A stretch of DNA of 32,000 nucleotides from an uncultured bacterium (GTDB lineage: Bacteria; Auribacterota; JACPWU01): contig CAZXEQ010000001.1 of assembly GCA_964640155.1 (NCBI GenBank), positions 486,403-518,402 of the forward strand. Direction: 5' to 3'. The notes under the pieces are model-generated. The model ran no database searches. It saw only the letters and a list, made by a program, of their open reading frames with translations, and was not told the DNA's origin. Positions 18,376 through 26,769 of this stretch are shown here, one piece after another. Position 1 is the first letter of the stretch; each line of letters begins with the position of its first letter. The position numbers and the translations under genes are program-made.

Positions 18376-20034
18376 CTAGGGTCGGTCCTGTGGTAACCAG
18401 TCTTCTGTAGACTCTGGGGAGCTATATTCATAAGGACCTCGATAAACTGTAGGAATTTTTTCAAAATTCAAATGAGGTGCAGGAGAAGGAAGCGTCCACT
18501 CTAAACTATTGGCTTGCCAAGGATTATTAGGAGCTTTTTTACCCTTAAAAAGACTTCCAATAAAATTAATCACAAATGGAATCTGTCCCAAAAAGAGACA
18601 AAATGCACTGATTGAAATTAAAAGTTGAAGAGGTTGTGTCCCTTTCAAAAACTCATATTGATGATAATCATAAATACGTCTTGGCATTCCATTGACACCT
18701 AAAATATGCATAGGGAAAAAGGTAAGATTATAGAAAATAAAGGTTAGCCAAAAATGAACTTTCCCCCATTTATCACTCATCATTCGTCCAAACATTTTAG
18801 GATACCAATGATAAATCCCTGCAAAAATCCCAAAAAGGCTTCCACCAAAAAGCACATAATGAATATGGGCTACTACAAAATAAGTATCATGAAAGAAAAC
18901 GTCTACGGCTGTAGCTGCTAGAAAAATGCCACTCAAGCCCCCGATCACAAACATCGTCACAAAAGCTAAAGAATGAAGCATAGCACTGGTGAGACGAATC
19001 TTCCCCCCTAACAATGTGCCAAGCCAATTAAAGACTTTGACTCCAGTGGGAACTGCAATAAACATGGTCGAAATCATAAAGGTTGTACCTAACATGGGAT
19101 TAAGACCCGTTGTAAACATATGATGGGCCCAAACGATAAAGCCCAAACCTGCTATTGCAGCAAGAGCGTAAACCATCGCATGATATCCAAAGAGAGGTTT
19201 GCGAGAGAAAACCGAAAGAACATCTGAAGCAATTCCCATGGCTGGAAGAATCATGATATAAACGGCCGGATGAGAATAAAACCAAAAAACGTGTTGCCAA
19301 AGAACTGGCTGTCCTATACCAGCTGTAAAAAACGTTGTACCTAAGACACGATCCAAAAGAAGCATGGCCAAAGCTGAAGCTAACACCGGTGTTGCTAAAA
19401 GAACAAGAATCGCTGTGATAAACATAGCCCAAATACTCATCGGCATTCTAAAAAAGCCCATGCCAGGAGCACGCATATTGATAATGGTTGTGAGATAATT
19501 AAAGGATCCCATGATTGAAGAAAAGCCTAGAATGATCAAACTGATAATCCAAAGCGTTTGTCCTTTAGATGCAATCACACTCACAGGAGCATAAGCCGTC
19601 CATCCTGTAGCAGCAGCACCGCCTGGGACAAAAAAGCTAGAAACCATCACAAGAGCAGAAACAACAAACATCCAATAAGACGCTGCATTGATTTTTGGAA
19701 ACGCCATGTCGTGGGTCCCAATCATAAGAGGAATAAGAAAATTCCCGAAAGCCCCTACCAAAATAGCAATAACAACAAAGAAAATCATAAAAGTCGCATG
19801 CATGGTAAAAATCATACTAAAAGTCTCTGGCATGATTAAGCCTATCACAGGTAATTTAACCCCTGGCCAAGCTAACTGCCAACGAATCAACATAGCCAAA
19901 AAGCCTCCCGCAAGCATAAAAATAAAGGAGGTTAATAAATATTGAATCCCAATAATTTTATGATCCGTGGAAAAAATATACTTTCGAATGAATCCCATTT
20001 CATGATGGGAATGCTTAGTATCTTGGTTTGACAT
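18376..20034 (-). CDS. ctaD: Cytochrome c oxidase subunit I (heme-copper oxidase, A2-type motif)
   Basis: 552 aa with 12 TM segments and CuB/heme His ligands (WAHHMF, HDTYFVVAHIHYV). Helix VI reads WFYSHPAVY rather than GHPEVY. Confidence 0.97.
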   Translation of the reverse strand: MSNQDTKHSHHEMGFIRKYIFSTDHKIIGIQYLLTSFIFMLAGGFLAMLIRWQLAWPGVKLPVIGLIMPETFSMIFTMHATFMIFFVVIAILVGAFGNFLIPLMIGTHDMAFPKINAASYWMFVVSALVMVSSFFVPGGAAATGWTAYAPVSVIASKGQTLWIISLIILGFSSIMGSFNYLTTIINMRAPGMGFFRMPMSIWAMFITAILVLLATPVLASALAMLLLDRVLGTTFFTAGIGQPVLWQHVFWFYSHPAVYIMILPAMGIASDVLSVFSRKPLFGYHAMVYALAAIAGLGFIVWAHHMFTTGLNPMLGTTFMISTMFIAVPTGVKVFNWLGTLLGGKIRLTSAMLHSLAFVTMFVIGGLSGIFLAATAVDVFFHDTYFVVAHIHYVLFGGSLFGIFAGIYHWYPKMFGRMMSDKWGKVHFWLTFIFYNLTFFPMHILGVNGMPRRIYDYHQYEFLKGTQPLQLLISISAFCLFLGQIPFVINFIGSLFKGKKAPNNPWQANSLEWTLPSPAPHLNFEKIPTVYRGPYEYSSPESTEDWLPQDRP

Positions 20035-20132
20035 ATTCCTTATCCCTTACCTAACCATCTATCTGTACAATCTAAAGTTTTAAATTTTCTGTTTTTACTG
20101 GCGACTGGTGACCGACGACTGGAGACTAAAAC

Positions 20133-20801
20133 TCACCACTCATCTTCTTTCTCCTTCTTTTCTGAATCTTTTTTCGTCTGGTTTAGCCAGGCCTGAAATT
20201 CTTCAGGCGTCTCAATGGTAACAAATCCTTTCATTCGATAATGTGCCAGTCCGCAAAACTCCGCACACACAAGCTCGTAATTTCCAGTCTTTGTTGCTTC
20301 AAACCATACATTGATTTTAGAACCAGGAACAGCATCTTGCTTCAAACGAAATTGGGGAATAAAAAAACTATGAATGACATCTTTTGAAGTAAGCTCTACC
20401 ACCACCTTTTTACCAACAGGAATATGCAGTTGATTCAAAGTAGTAACACCTGATTCTGGATAAGTAATATTCCAGGCAAATTGCTGTGCCTGAATTTCCA
20501 ATCGCAGATCTGGATTTTTAGGCATTTGTGTTCTAATCTCGCTCCATACCCCCTGACTTTTAAACATCAGAAAAATCAAAATAGCGGCAGGAATAAGCGT
20601 CCAAATGATTTCAAGCTTGGTATTTCCATGAAAAAATCGAGCCTTCCCTTGACCTCGATCTCGATAGCGAATAGCAAAGAAAAGGACAGCCCCTTCTACC
20701 AGGAAAAACATAATTCCGGTAATAGCTAAAATAATATAGAAAAGATGGTCAATCTTTCCGCCATAGGTAGAAATATTTTCAGGAAGCCAACCCGTGAACA
20801 T
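20133..20801 (-). CDS. ctaC: Cytochrome c oxidase subunit II (CuA domain only, no fused cytochrome c)
   Basis: 222 aa with two N-terminal TM segments. CuA ligands are HSFFIP...CAEFCGLAHYRM. There is no CxxCH motif anywhere in the protein. Confidence 0.9.
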   Translation of the reverse strand: MFTGWLPENISTYGGKIDHLFYIILAITGIMFFLVEGAVLFFAIRYRDRGQGKARFFHGNTKLEIIWTLIPAAILIFLMFKSQGVWSEIRTQMPKNPDLRLEIQAQQFAWNITYPESGVTTLNQLHIPVGKKVVVELTSKDVIHSFFIPQFRLKQDAVPGSKINVWFEATKTGNYELVCAEFCGLAHYRMKGFVTIETPEEFQAWLNQTKKDSEKKEKEDEW

Positions 20802-20854
20802 AAATTATACGCCTAATTCCGTTGTTCGATATACAAAGTACACTATTCGATAAG

Positions 20855-21562
20855 TTATTCTGTTGCCTTAAATCCAAAATCAATGGGCTTAACTTCTCCC
20901 CCTTCAGCAACGGTCACATTTTGTGTCTGTGTTCCATATTTTTCATGCCAAGCTTCAATGACATAGCTACCTGCAGGTAAATTCTTAATTTCGAAAGTTC
21001 CTTCATCTCCTGTTACAGCAAAGAAAGGATGTGTGAAAACACCTGCATAAGCATTCATCCAAGGATGCACTTCACAAGCAAACTTAACCATTTTAGCTTG
21101 TTCAAACTTTTGGTCTAACTCCAAATCCTTAAAAGGCATGGCCAAATTAAAAAGGGATTCTTCTTTGGTTTTTGCATGAACGTTATGAAGAGTATCATCA
21201 CTGTTTCGAACTTTAAGAGTTTGTCCCAGTTGAATTCCAAAAACATGAGGGAAATATTGGCAACCTTTTTGATCAAGAATAACAGAATCACTTGGGACAT
21301 CAAACTTTTGATCCCCCAAACCTTCTTTCACATACACCAAAACATTTTTGAGTGTTCCATTTTTATTAACAACTACTTTTTCTGTAAAAACCTCCGCTGA
21401 ATGCTGCATTTGGCAGACTGGATCTGCATCCATTTTAACAGACTCTTGTGCAGGAGGATTACCTTCAAAAGCTACTTTCCCGGTAATATTCGCTGAAAAA
21501 GCGTTTAACCCGCTGAACAGAAAAAATGAACCAGCAAAAATTATTCCCTTTAAATTTTTCAT
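20855..21562 (-). CDS. Periplasmic cupredoxin-domain protein (amicyanin-like type-1 Cu ligand pattern) with a C-terminal carboxypeptidase-regulatory-like beta-sandwich
   Basis: 235 aa with a signal peptide (MKNLKGIIFAGSFFLFSGLNAFSA). LHNVHA...CEVHPWM has the same ligand spacing as amicyanin (PHNVHF...CTPHPFM). The C-terminus GTFEIKNLPAGSYVIEAWHEKYG looks like a CarboxypepD_reg domain. It is the first gene of the oxidase cluster. Confidence 0.6.
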   Translation of the reverse strand: MKNLKGIIFAGSFFLFSGLNAFSANITGKVAFEGNPPAQESVKMDADPVCQMQHSAEVFTEKVVVNKNGTLKNVLVYVKEGLGDQKFDVPSDSVILDQKGCQYFPHVFGIQLGQTLKVRNSDDTLHNVHAKTKEESLFNLAMPFKDLELDQKFEQAKMVKFACEVHPWMNAYAGVFTHPFFAVTGDEGTFEIKNLPAGSYVIEAWHEKYGTQTQNVTVAEGGEVKPIDFGFKATE

Positions 21563-21613
21563 AAAATCTCCTCTTTACATTAATTTTTTAGGCCCTACTA
21601 AATTGAGGGGGGA

Positions 21614-21642
21614 ATCATATTAAATATAACCTTCGCTTTCAA
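21614..21642 (-). promoter_or_regulatory. Candidate sigma70-type promoter for the cupredoxin-oxidase operon
   Basis: On the minus strand it reads TTGAAA (21642-21637), a 17-nt spacer, then TATGAT (21619-21614). It lies about 50 nt upstream of the cupredoxin ATG, which has an AGAGGAG SD. This is a pattern match only. Confidence 0.35.
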
Positions 21643-21816
21643 TAAAAAAAGAGTCTTGTCTTCTCTAAAAACCGTGAAAACAATTATTAAAACTCTTCTC
21701 TAGCTTATTCAATAAGGAGCTGTTACTATATGCGGCCTTGAAAAACCGTAGTTTATATATCGTAGTCTGTTTTTACGATTTACTAACTACAAATTGCTAA
21801 TTACGAGCTTTGATTT

Positions 21817-23640
21817 ATGAATAGACGACCCGACATACGAAACATAGCGATTATCGCCCATGTTGATCATGGAAAAACCACATTAGTGGATGCTCTTTTG
21901 CGTCAAAGTGGAGTCTTTAAACCCACAGAAGATATTCAAGAGCGTTTAATGGACTCTAATGATCTCGAACGTGAGCGCGGAATCACCATCTTTTCTAAAA
22001 TAGCTTCCGTCGAATATCAAGGCATTCGCATCAATATTGTGGACACCCCTGGCCATGCAGACTTTGGAAGTGAAGTAGAACGTATTCTTAAAATGGTAGA
22101 CGGTGTTCTTTTGGTCGTAGACGCTTTTGATGGTCCTATGCCCCAAACCAAATTTGTTCTCAAAAAATCTTTAGAGTTGGGCCTTCAACCCTTGGTTGTC
22201 ATTAACAAAGTAGATCGACCTAATGCCCGCCCCCATGAAGTGTTAGATCTTACATTTAGTCTTTTCTGTGAACTCAATGCATCAGATGCACAATTAGATT
22301 TCCCTGTTGTCTATACTGCTGCCAGAGACGGCCGAGCTTGGATTGATCTTAAAGACGAGGGGCTTGACATGAAACCCCTCTTTGACACCATCATTAAACA
22401 TGTTCCAGGGCCGGAAGCTGATCCAGAAAAATCTCTTCAAATGCTTATTACCATGCTCGATCATGACAATTATCTTGGAGTGATGGGACTTGGTCGGGTT
22501 TATCACGGCCAAATGAAAATTGCAAGTCCTGTCGTCTTAATGAGACGAGATGGGAGTCAAACCCGAGGCAAAATCACTGGTTTATTTACTTATAAAGGAA
22601 TGCAGCGTATCCCTGTTCAAGATGTTAAGGCGGGAGATCTTGTATGCATGGCCGGGCTCGATAACCTTCTTGTGGGGGAAACGATTGCTGATCCTGAAAA
22701 TCCTCAAGCTTTACCTGTACTCAAAATTGATGAACCTACCATTTCGATGACTTTTGCCCATAATTCTAGCCCCCTGGCAGGAAAAGATGGAGGAAAATTT
22801 CTTACTTCACGCCATATTCGAGAACGTTTATTTCAAGAAGCAAAAACCAATGTTGGAATTCGTGTTGAAGAAGTAAAAGGTGGAGAATCTTTAAAAGTAT
22901 CGGGAAGAGGAGAATTACAACTCTCTATTTTGATTGAAACCATGAGACGCGAAGGTTATGAACTTGAAGTTTCTAGACCCCAAGTCATTTTAAAAGAAGA
23001 AAACAAACAATTACTGGAACCTGTAGAAACACTTGTCATTGAAGTTGAAGAAAGATATCAAGGAGCAACTCTTCAGGAATTAGGGCCAAGAAAAGCAGTG
23101 ATGACACATATGGAAAAAACAGCAACTGGAAGTCTGAGACAGGAATTTACCATTCCTTCCCGAGGTCTTTTAGGTTTTCGTGGAGAATTTCTCACGCTTA
23201 CGCGTGGGACGGGGATCATGTATCACTCCTTTCTTGAATATCAGATCTATAAAGGTGATATTGAAAAACGTAAAGAAGGGGTTTTGATTTCCCAAGCAGA
23301 CGGCAAAACAGTGGCCTTTGCACTTAACAATCTTCAGGAAAGAGGAGATCTCTTTGTTGGAGCTGGTGCTGATCTCTATGCAGGAATGATTATCGGAGAA
23401 AATAATAAAGGCAATGATCTTGTTGTAAACGCAATCAAAGAGAAGAAGTTGACGAACATGCGCGCTTCAGGCTCCGATGATGCTATTCGTCTTACCCCCC
23501 CTCGTCAACTCACACTTGAACTTGCCTTAGAGTACATTGAAGATGATGAACTTGTAGAAATAACCCCAAAAAGCATTCGCCTGCGTAAAAAAGTTTTAGG
23601 AGAGATTGAGCGAAAAGCTGCAGAGCGTTCCCAGCGGTAA
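21817..23640 (+). CDS. typA: Translational GTPase TypA/BipA
   Basis: 607 aa with G-motifs [14 protein letters not shown] and NKVD. Length and domain order are typical of BipA. Confidence 0.95.
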   Translation: MNRRPDIRNIAIIAHVDHGKTTLVDALLRQSGVFKPTEDIQERLMDSNDLERERGITIFSKIASVEYQGIRINIVDTPGHADFGSEVERILKMVDGVLLVVDAFDGPMPQTKFVLKKSLELGLQPLVVINKVDRPNARPHEVLDLTFSLFCELNASDAQLDFPVVYTAARDGRAWIDLKDEGLDMKPLFDTIIKHVPGPEADPEKSLQMLITMLDHDNYLGVMGLGRVYHGQMKIASPVVLMRRDGSQTRGKITGLFTYKGMQRIPVQDVKAGDLVCMAGLDNLLVGETIADPENPQALPVLKIDEPTISMTFAHNSSPLAGKDGGKFLTSRHIRERLFQEAKTNVGIRVEEVKGGESLKVSGRGELQLSILIETMRREGYELEVSRPQVILKEENKQLLEPVETLVIEVEERYQGATLQELGPRKAVMTHMEKTATGSLRQEFTIPSRGLLGFRGEFLTLTRGTGIMYHSFLEYQIYKGDIEKRKEGVLISQADGKTVAFALNNLQERGDLFVGAGADLYAGMIIGENNKGNDLVVNAIKEKKLTNMRASGSDDAIRLTPPRQLTLELALEYIEDDELVEITPKSIRLRKKVLGEIERKAAERSQR

Positions 23641-23701
23641 ACACTTCAGAATAAAAATCTAAGATTTATTTTAGTGCTGACAATTCAAATTATTACATCA
23701 C

Positions 23702-23789
23702 AAAAAAATAGTGAAGATGCTTTTGTCTAACATTCCACATTCTATGAGTGGGAGGAGATCAGCGAATATTAGAGCAAAAGCATCTTCAC
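23702..23789 (-). terminator. Long imperfect palindrome followed by a U7 tract, a probable terminator of the DUF2490-like gene
   Basis: A 15-bp perfect stem pairs gtgaagatgcttttg (23711-23725) with 23775-23789. It is extended by tctaa/ttaga (23726-30 with 23769-73) and 4 further bp. On the minus strand the hairpin is followed by TATTTTTTTG (A7 at 23702-23708 on plus). It starts 21 nt after the minus-strand stop. Confidence 0.45.
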
Positions 23790-23809
23790 ATAAAATCAGA
23801 CAAAGCTTA

Positions 23810-24502
23810 TTAGAATTTCACCTTTAGCTTTGTTCCAAAAACATGAATATTAATCCAATCATCACCCTTTTCACTTGTTTGCCAAAGATAGAAAACCTCG
23901 CCATCCAAGTGCTCTAAAAGCTTCATTCCAACACCGACCTGCAAACGATTTCTGTTAAAGCCGGCATCTTCTTGGAAGAAAACTTCATCAGAGATAAAAG
24001 GATTGATCCCTAAACAAGTCCATTTCCATGGGCTCTTAATGGTAAGCTTATTGCGATATCTGAACACATCGTCTTTGACTTCAAATTCTCTGAATTCAAA
24101 ACGATTACGATCACTTAATTCCCATCCTTCCCACTTATGCTTCAAATTAACATTAATCATAGGACGGTATTCTGTGAACCAATCATCTTCTTCATCAGTG
24201 GTACTGGTAAAAAGTTCATATACTTGGCGATAAGCAGGTGCAATCTCCAGCCAATCATTGACTTTATAACCCAGTTCCAAATGCGTATGTTGATAATAGA
24301 ACTCACTTGCATCGTCTCCAAACCTGAATTCTGCTTCGATGTAAGTTTTCCAGCGGTCAGCAATTTTTGCTTCAATTGCTTCTGTATTCCAATACTGAAA
24401 ATCACCTTCTGCATTCAAGGCGGCTTGCGCTGTAATACCATTAATACTCAAACCCAGCAGCAAGGGAAGAGCAAGTTTACACAACTTAAACCATTGTTTC
24501 AT
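23810..24502 (-). CDS. Small outer-membrane beta-barrel-like protein (DUF2490-like)
   Basis: 230 aa with a signal peptide (..LLLGLSINGITAQA). It shows an alternating aromatic/hydrophilic beta-strand pattern, a C-terminal Phe (KLKVKF) and an AAGGAG SD. The DUF2490 assignment is from memory of the family's size and pattern. Confidence 0.5.
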   Translation of the reverse strand: MKQWFKLCKLALPLLLGLSINGITAQAALNAEGDFQYWNTEAIEAKIADRWKTYIEAEFRFGDDASEFYYQHTHLELGYKVNDWLEIAPAYRQVYELFTSTTDEEDDWFTEYRPMINVNLKHKWEGWELSDRNRFEFREFEVKDDVFRYRNKLTIKSPWKWTCLGINPFISDEVFFQEDAGFNRNRLQVGVGMKLLEHLDGEVFYLWQTSEKGDDWINIHVFGTKLKVKF

Positions 24503-24649
24503 GTGAATGATTCTCCTTTTTTAATTTTTCACTCTTTCATTCTATTTCCCTCATATGAAGAAATATTAAAGAATAAGTGAATTTTGTGTGAACTTTGCTA
24601 GATGAGGAAATAACTTAATATCAAATATTGTTATGGAATTTTTAGATTT

Positions 24650-25381
24650 TTAGGAAGTTTTTGCCAATCTCATTTTTTGAAAAAGCCAAATATATGCCCA
24701 TCCCATATCAAATTCAAATGGACGAACTGAGAATTTTGCAGACCTAGGATTTTGATGATGATTGTTATGAAGTTCTTCTCCTGAAAGCCAAACCCCTAAA
24801 GGGAGAATATTACGACTCAGATCTTGCGTATCGAAATTTCGATAGCCAAATCGATGCCCTACTCCATTCACAATACCTGCAGCCCAAAAAGGAACCCAAG
24901 TCATCTGAAAAATCCAGATGATAGAGCCTTTTAACCAGCCAAATATTAGACATTGTATCGCCAGTAACACAAAAATACCTACGATATGATAAGGAGAAAA
25001 TATTTTCCGCTCTAGGCCATCATCAACTGTTTCATATCCATATTCATGAAGAATTTTTTCATCCTTAAAAGCTTTACGATAATAAAAGACGCCGAAGAAT
25101 AAAATATTCAGCCACCCAAAAAGAGCGGGACTATGAGGGTCTCCTTCGCGATCCACATAAGAATGATGCTTACGATGACAGGCAACCCATTCTTTAGTCA
25201 CCATGGCCGTACTTAGCCACAGCCACAAACGCATGGGAATACTTACCCAGGGACTTAAAGTTAGGGACTGGTGAGTTTGACAACGATGTAAAAAAATAGA
25301 CACACAAGCAATGGTGAAATGACCCGAAATAACTATCACCAAAACAACCCAAGGCCATGACAAATGCAATAAAGGATTCAC
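24650..25381 (-). CDS. Membrane fatty-acid (acyl-CoA/acyl-lipid delta-9-type) desaturase
   Basis: It has three histidine boxes, HRCQTH, HRKHH and HNNHH, plus TM segments. I prefer the GTG start at 25381, which has a GGAGG SD at 25393-25389 (7-nt spacer) and a GTGA overlap with the OMF stop. The track's TTG at 25396 has no properly spaced SD. Confidence 0.85.
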   Translation of the reverse strand: MNPLLHLSWPWVVLVIVISGHFTIACVSIFLHRCQTHQSLTLSPWVSIPMRLWLWLSTAMVTKEWVACHRKHHSYVDREGDPHSPALFGWLNILFFGVFYYRKAFKDEKILHEYGYETVDDGLERKIFSPYHIVGIFVLLAIQCLIFGWLKGSIIWIFQMTWVPFWAAGIVNGVGHRFGYRNFDTQDLSRNILPLGVWLSGEELHNNHHQNPRSAKFSVRPFEFDMGWAYIWLFQKMRLAKTS

Positions 25382-26769
25382 AAATTTTCCTCCCAACCAC
25401 CTCCAAGAGCTTTATAAAGAGTGATAAGATGGGTGGTCACAGCACTTTCGCTTCGAACCAAAGCATCCTCCGTCTCATAGAGGGACCGTTGAGAGTCAAG
25501 AACGTTGAGAAAACTCGATTGACCTTGGGTGTAAAGTTGGGTTGAGAGCTCCACAGCTTGTTTGTTAGCGTTGACTTGTTCTTGTAATAATCGATGCCGA
25601 ATTTTTTCTTGTGTATAGGCAACCAATGCATTTTCTACTTCTTCAAGTGAAGTGATCACCGTTTTTTCATACAACGCAAGAGCTTGTTCTTCACGAGCAT
25701 TGGCAGCATGAATCTGATTACGAATAGCACCAAATTGCAATAAACGCCAACTCAGTATCGGGCCTACGGACCAGAATCGACTATCAGAGCTAAACCAGTT
25801 GTTTGCACTTAAGCTTTGAAAACCTGTTAAGCCCCCAAGTGAAAATTTTGGAAACAACTCTGCTGTCTCTACACCAATGCGTGCAGTGGCTGAAGCCAGT
25901 TGACGTTCTGAACGTCGCACATCGGGACGCCGACGCAATAAATCAGATGGCAATCCGACGGGTACGTCGGGTGGTGTTAGTGGAATAGGTGCAGGACTAG
26001 CAAGTTCAGTCATGAGTGTACCCGGTTGTTGACCAAGCAACACCTCAAGTCTATGTCTCGTCTGTTTTAGCGCTATTTCTAATATAGGTAACTGCGATTG
26101 CATCCCCGCCAATAAAGCAGTCGCTTGAATAACATCGAGTTTGCTACTTGTACCCACATCAAACAATTTCTGTATCAACTCCAATGTAGCAGATTGAGCA
26201 GCGATGTTTTCACGTGCGATGACCCGTCGACGTTGCAAACTACGGAGTTCAACATAATTGCGAGCTACTTCAGCCAACAAACTTACAAGAACATCACGAC
26301 GGTCTTCTCGACTTGCTTCAACACTGGCTCGACCCGCTTCAATTTTACGGCGCCTACCTCCGAAAACATCAATCTCCCACTGGGCATCGAACCCGACCTG
26401 GTATGTATCGGTGTCCAGATCTGTAATAGGGAAGTTCAACGAGTTTTTGCTGGTACGAGCCTTTGTATAAGAGGAATTGCCTGTAATATTAGGTCCTAGA
26501 GCCGAAACAGCAACGCCATATAAAGCACGAGCCTCACGTAATCGAGCGCTGGCCATACGCAAATCATAATTCTGTTTGACTGCACGTTCGATCAGGGTAT
26601 CAAGCTGTGAATCATTGAATGTTTTCCACCAACGCGTAACTGGTGCAGCAATGTTAGTCACAGGTTCTGTCCAATTTTTGGGCATCTTCGTTTTGATGGG
26701 CTGATAATTGGGTCCGACAGCACAGCCTGTTAAAACAAAAAGAAGAAAAACAATAAGTGTCTGTTTCAC
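25378..26769 (-). CDS. RND efflux outer-membrane factor lipoprotein (NodT/OprM family)
   Basis: 463 aa with a lipobox (FVLTGCAV) and the two-repeat OEP/TolC-like architecture. The GTG start forms a GTGA overlap with the RND stop. Confidence 0.9.
   Translation of the reverse strand: MKQTLIVFLLFVLTGCAVGPNYQPIKTKMPKNWTEPVTNIAAPVTRWWKTFNDSQLDTLIERAVKQNYDLRMASARLREARALYGVAVSALGPNITGNSSYTKARTSKNSLNFPITDLDTDTYQVGFDAQWEIDVFGGRRRKIEAGRASVEASREDRRDVLVSLLAEVARNYVELRSLQRRRVIARENIAAQSATLELIQKLFDVGTSSKLDVIQATALLAGMQSQLPILEIALKQTRHRLEVLLGQQPGTLMTELASPAPIPLTPPDVPVGLPSDLLRRRPDVRRSERQLASATARIGVETAELFPKFSLGGLTGFQSLSANNWFSSDSRFWSVGPILSWRLLQFGAIRNQIHAANAREEQALALYEKTVITSLEEVENALVAYTQEKIRHRLLQEQVNANKQAVELSTQLYTQGQSSFLNVLDSQRSLYETEDALVRSESAVTTHLITLYKALGGGWEENL

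Noticed and set aside
20098-20126. A GC-rich patch with cgactgg direct repeats and a ggtgacc palindrome in the ctaC-ctaD spacer.
   Set aside because: It forms only a 3-bp symmetric core and no stable hairpin. The repeats are 7 nt long. That is insufficient to call a regulatory or processing site.
20804-20809. A perfect TATAAT on the minus strand 2 nt upstream of the ctaC ATG, considered as an internal or leaderless promoter.
   Set aside because: There is no acceptable -35 hexamer at 16-18 nt. The position would put the transcription start inside the coding sequence. It is likely a chance hexamer in an AT-rich spacer.
23744-23827. A 27-codon basic ORF (MSGRRSANIRAKASSHKIRQSLLEFHL) inside the apical part of the 23711-23789 palindrome.
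   Set aside because: It has no SD, it overlaps the 3' end of the opposite-strand OMP gene, and its composition is typical of random AT-rich translation.
24137-24580. A 147-aa plus-strand ORF, plus many other 60-140-aa ORFs in the track (for example 478-744, 3896-4159, 19100-19432, 19558-19945, 26125-26499, 28455-28818, 29529-29951, 30700-30945).
   Set aside because: All lie antisense to, or out of frame within, long ORFs that have clear family signatures. Their translations are low-complexity or skewed (Cys/Ser/Arg-rich or Ile/Phe/Lys-rich), as expected for shadow frames. None has a convincing SD.
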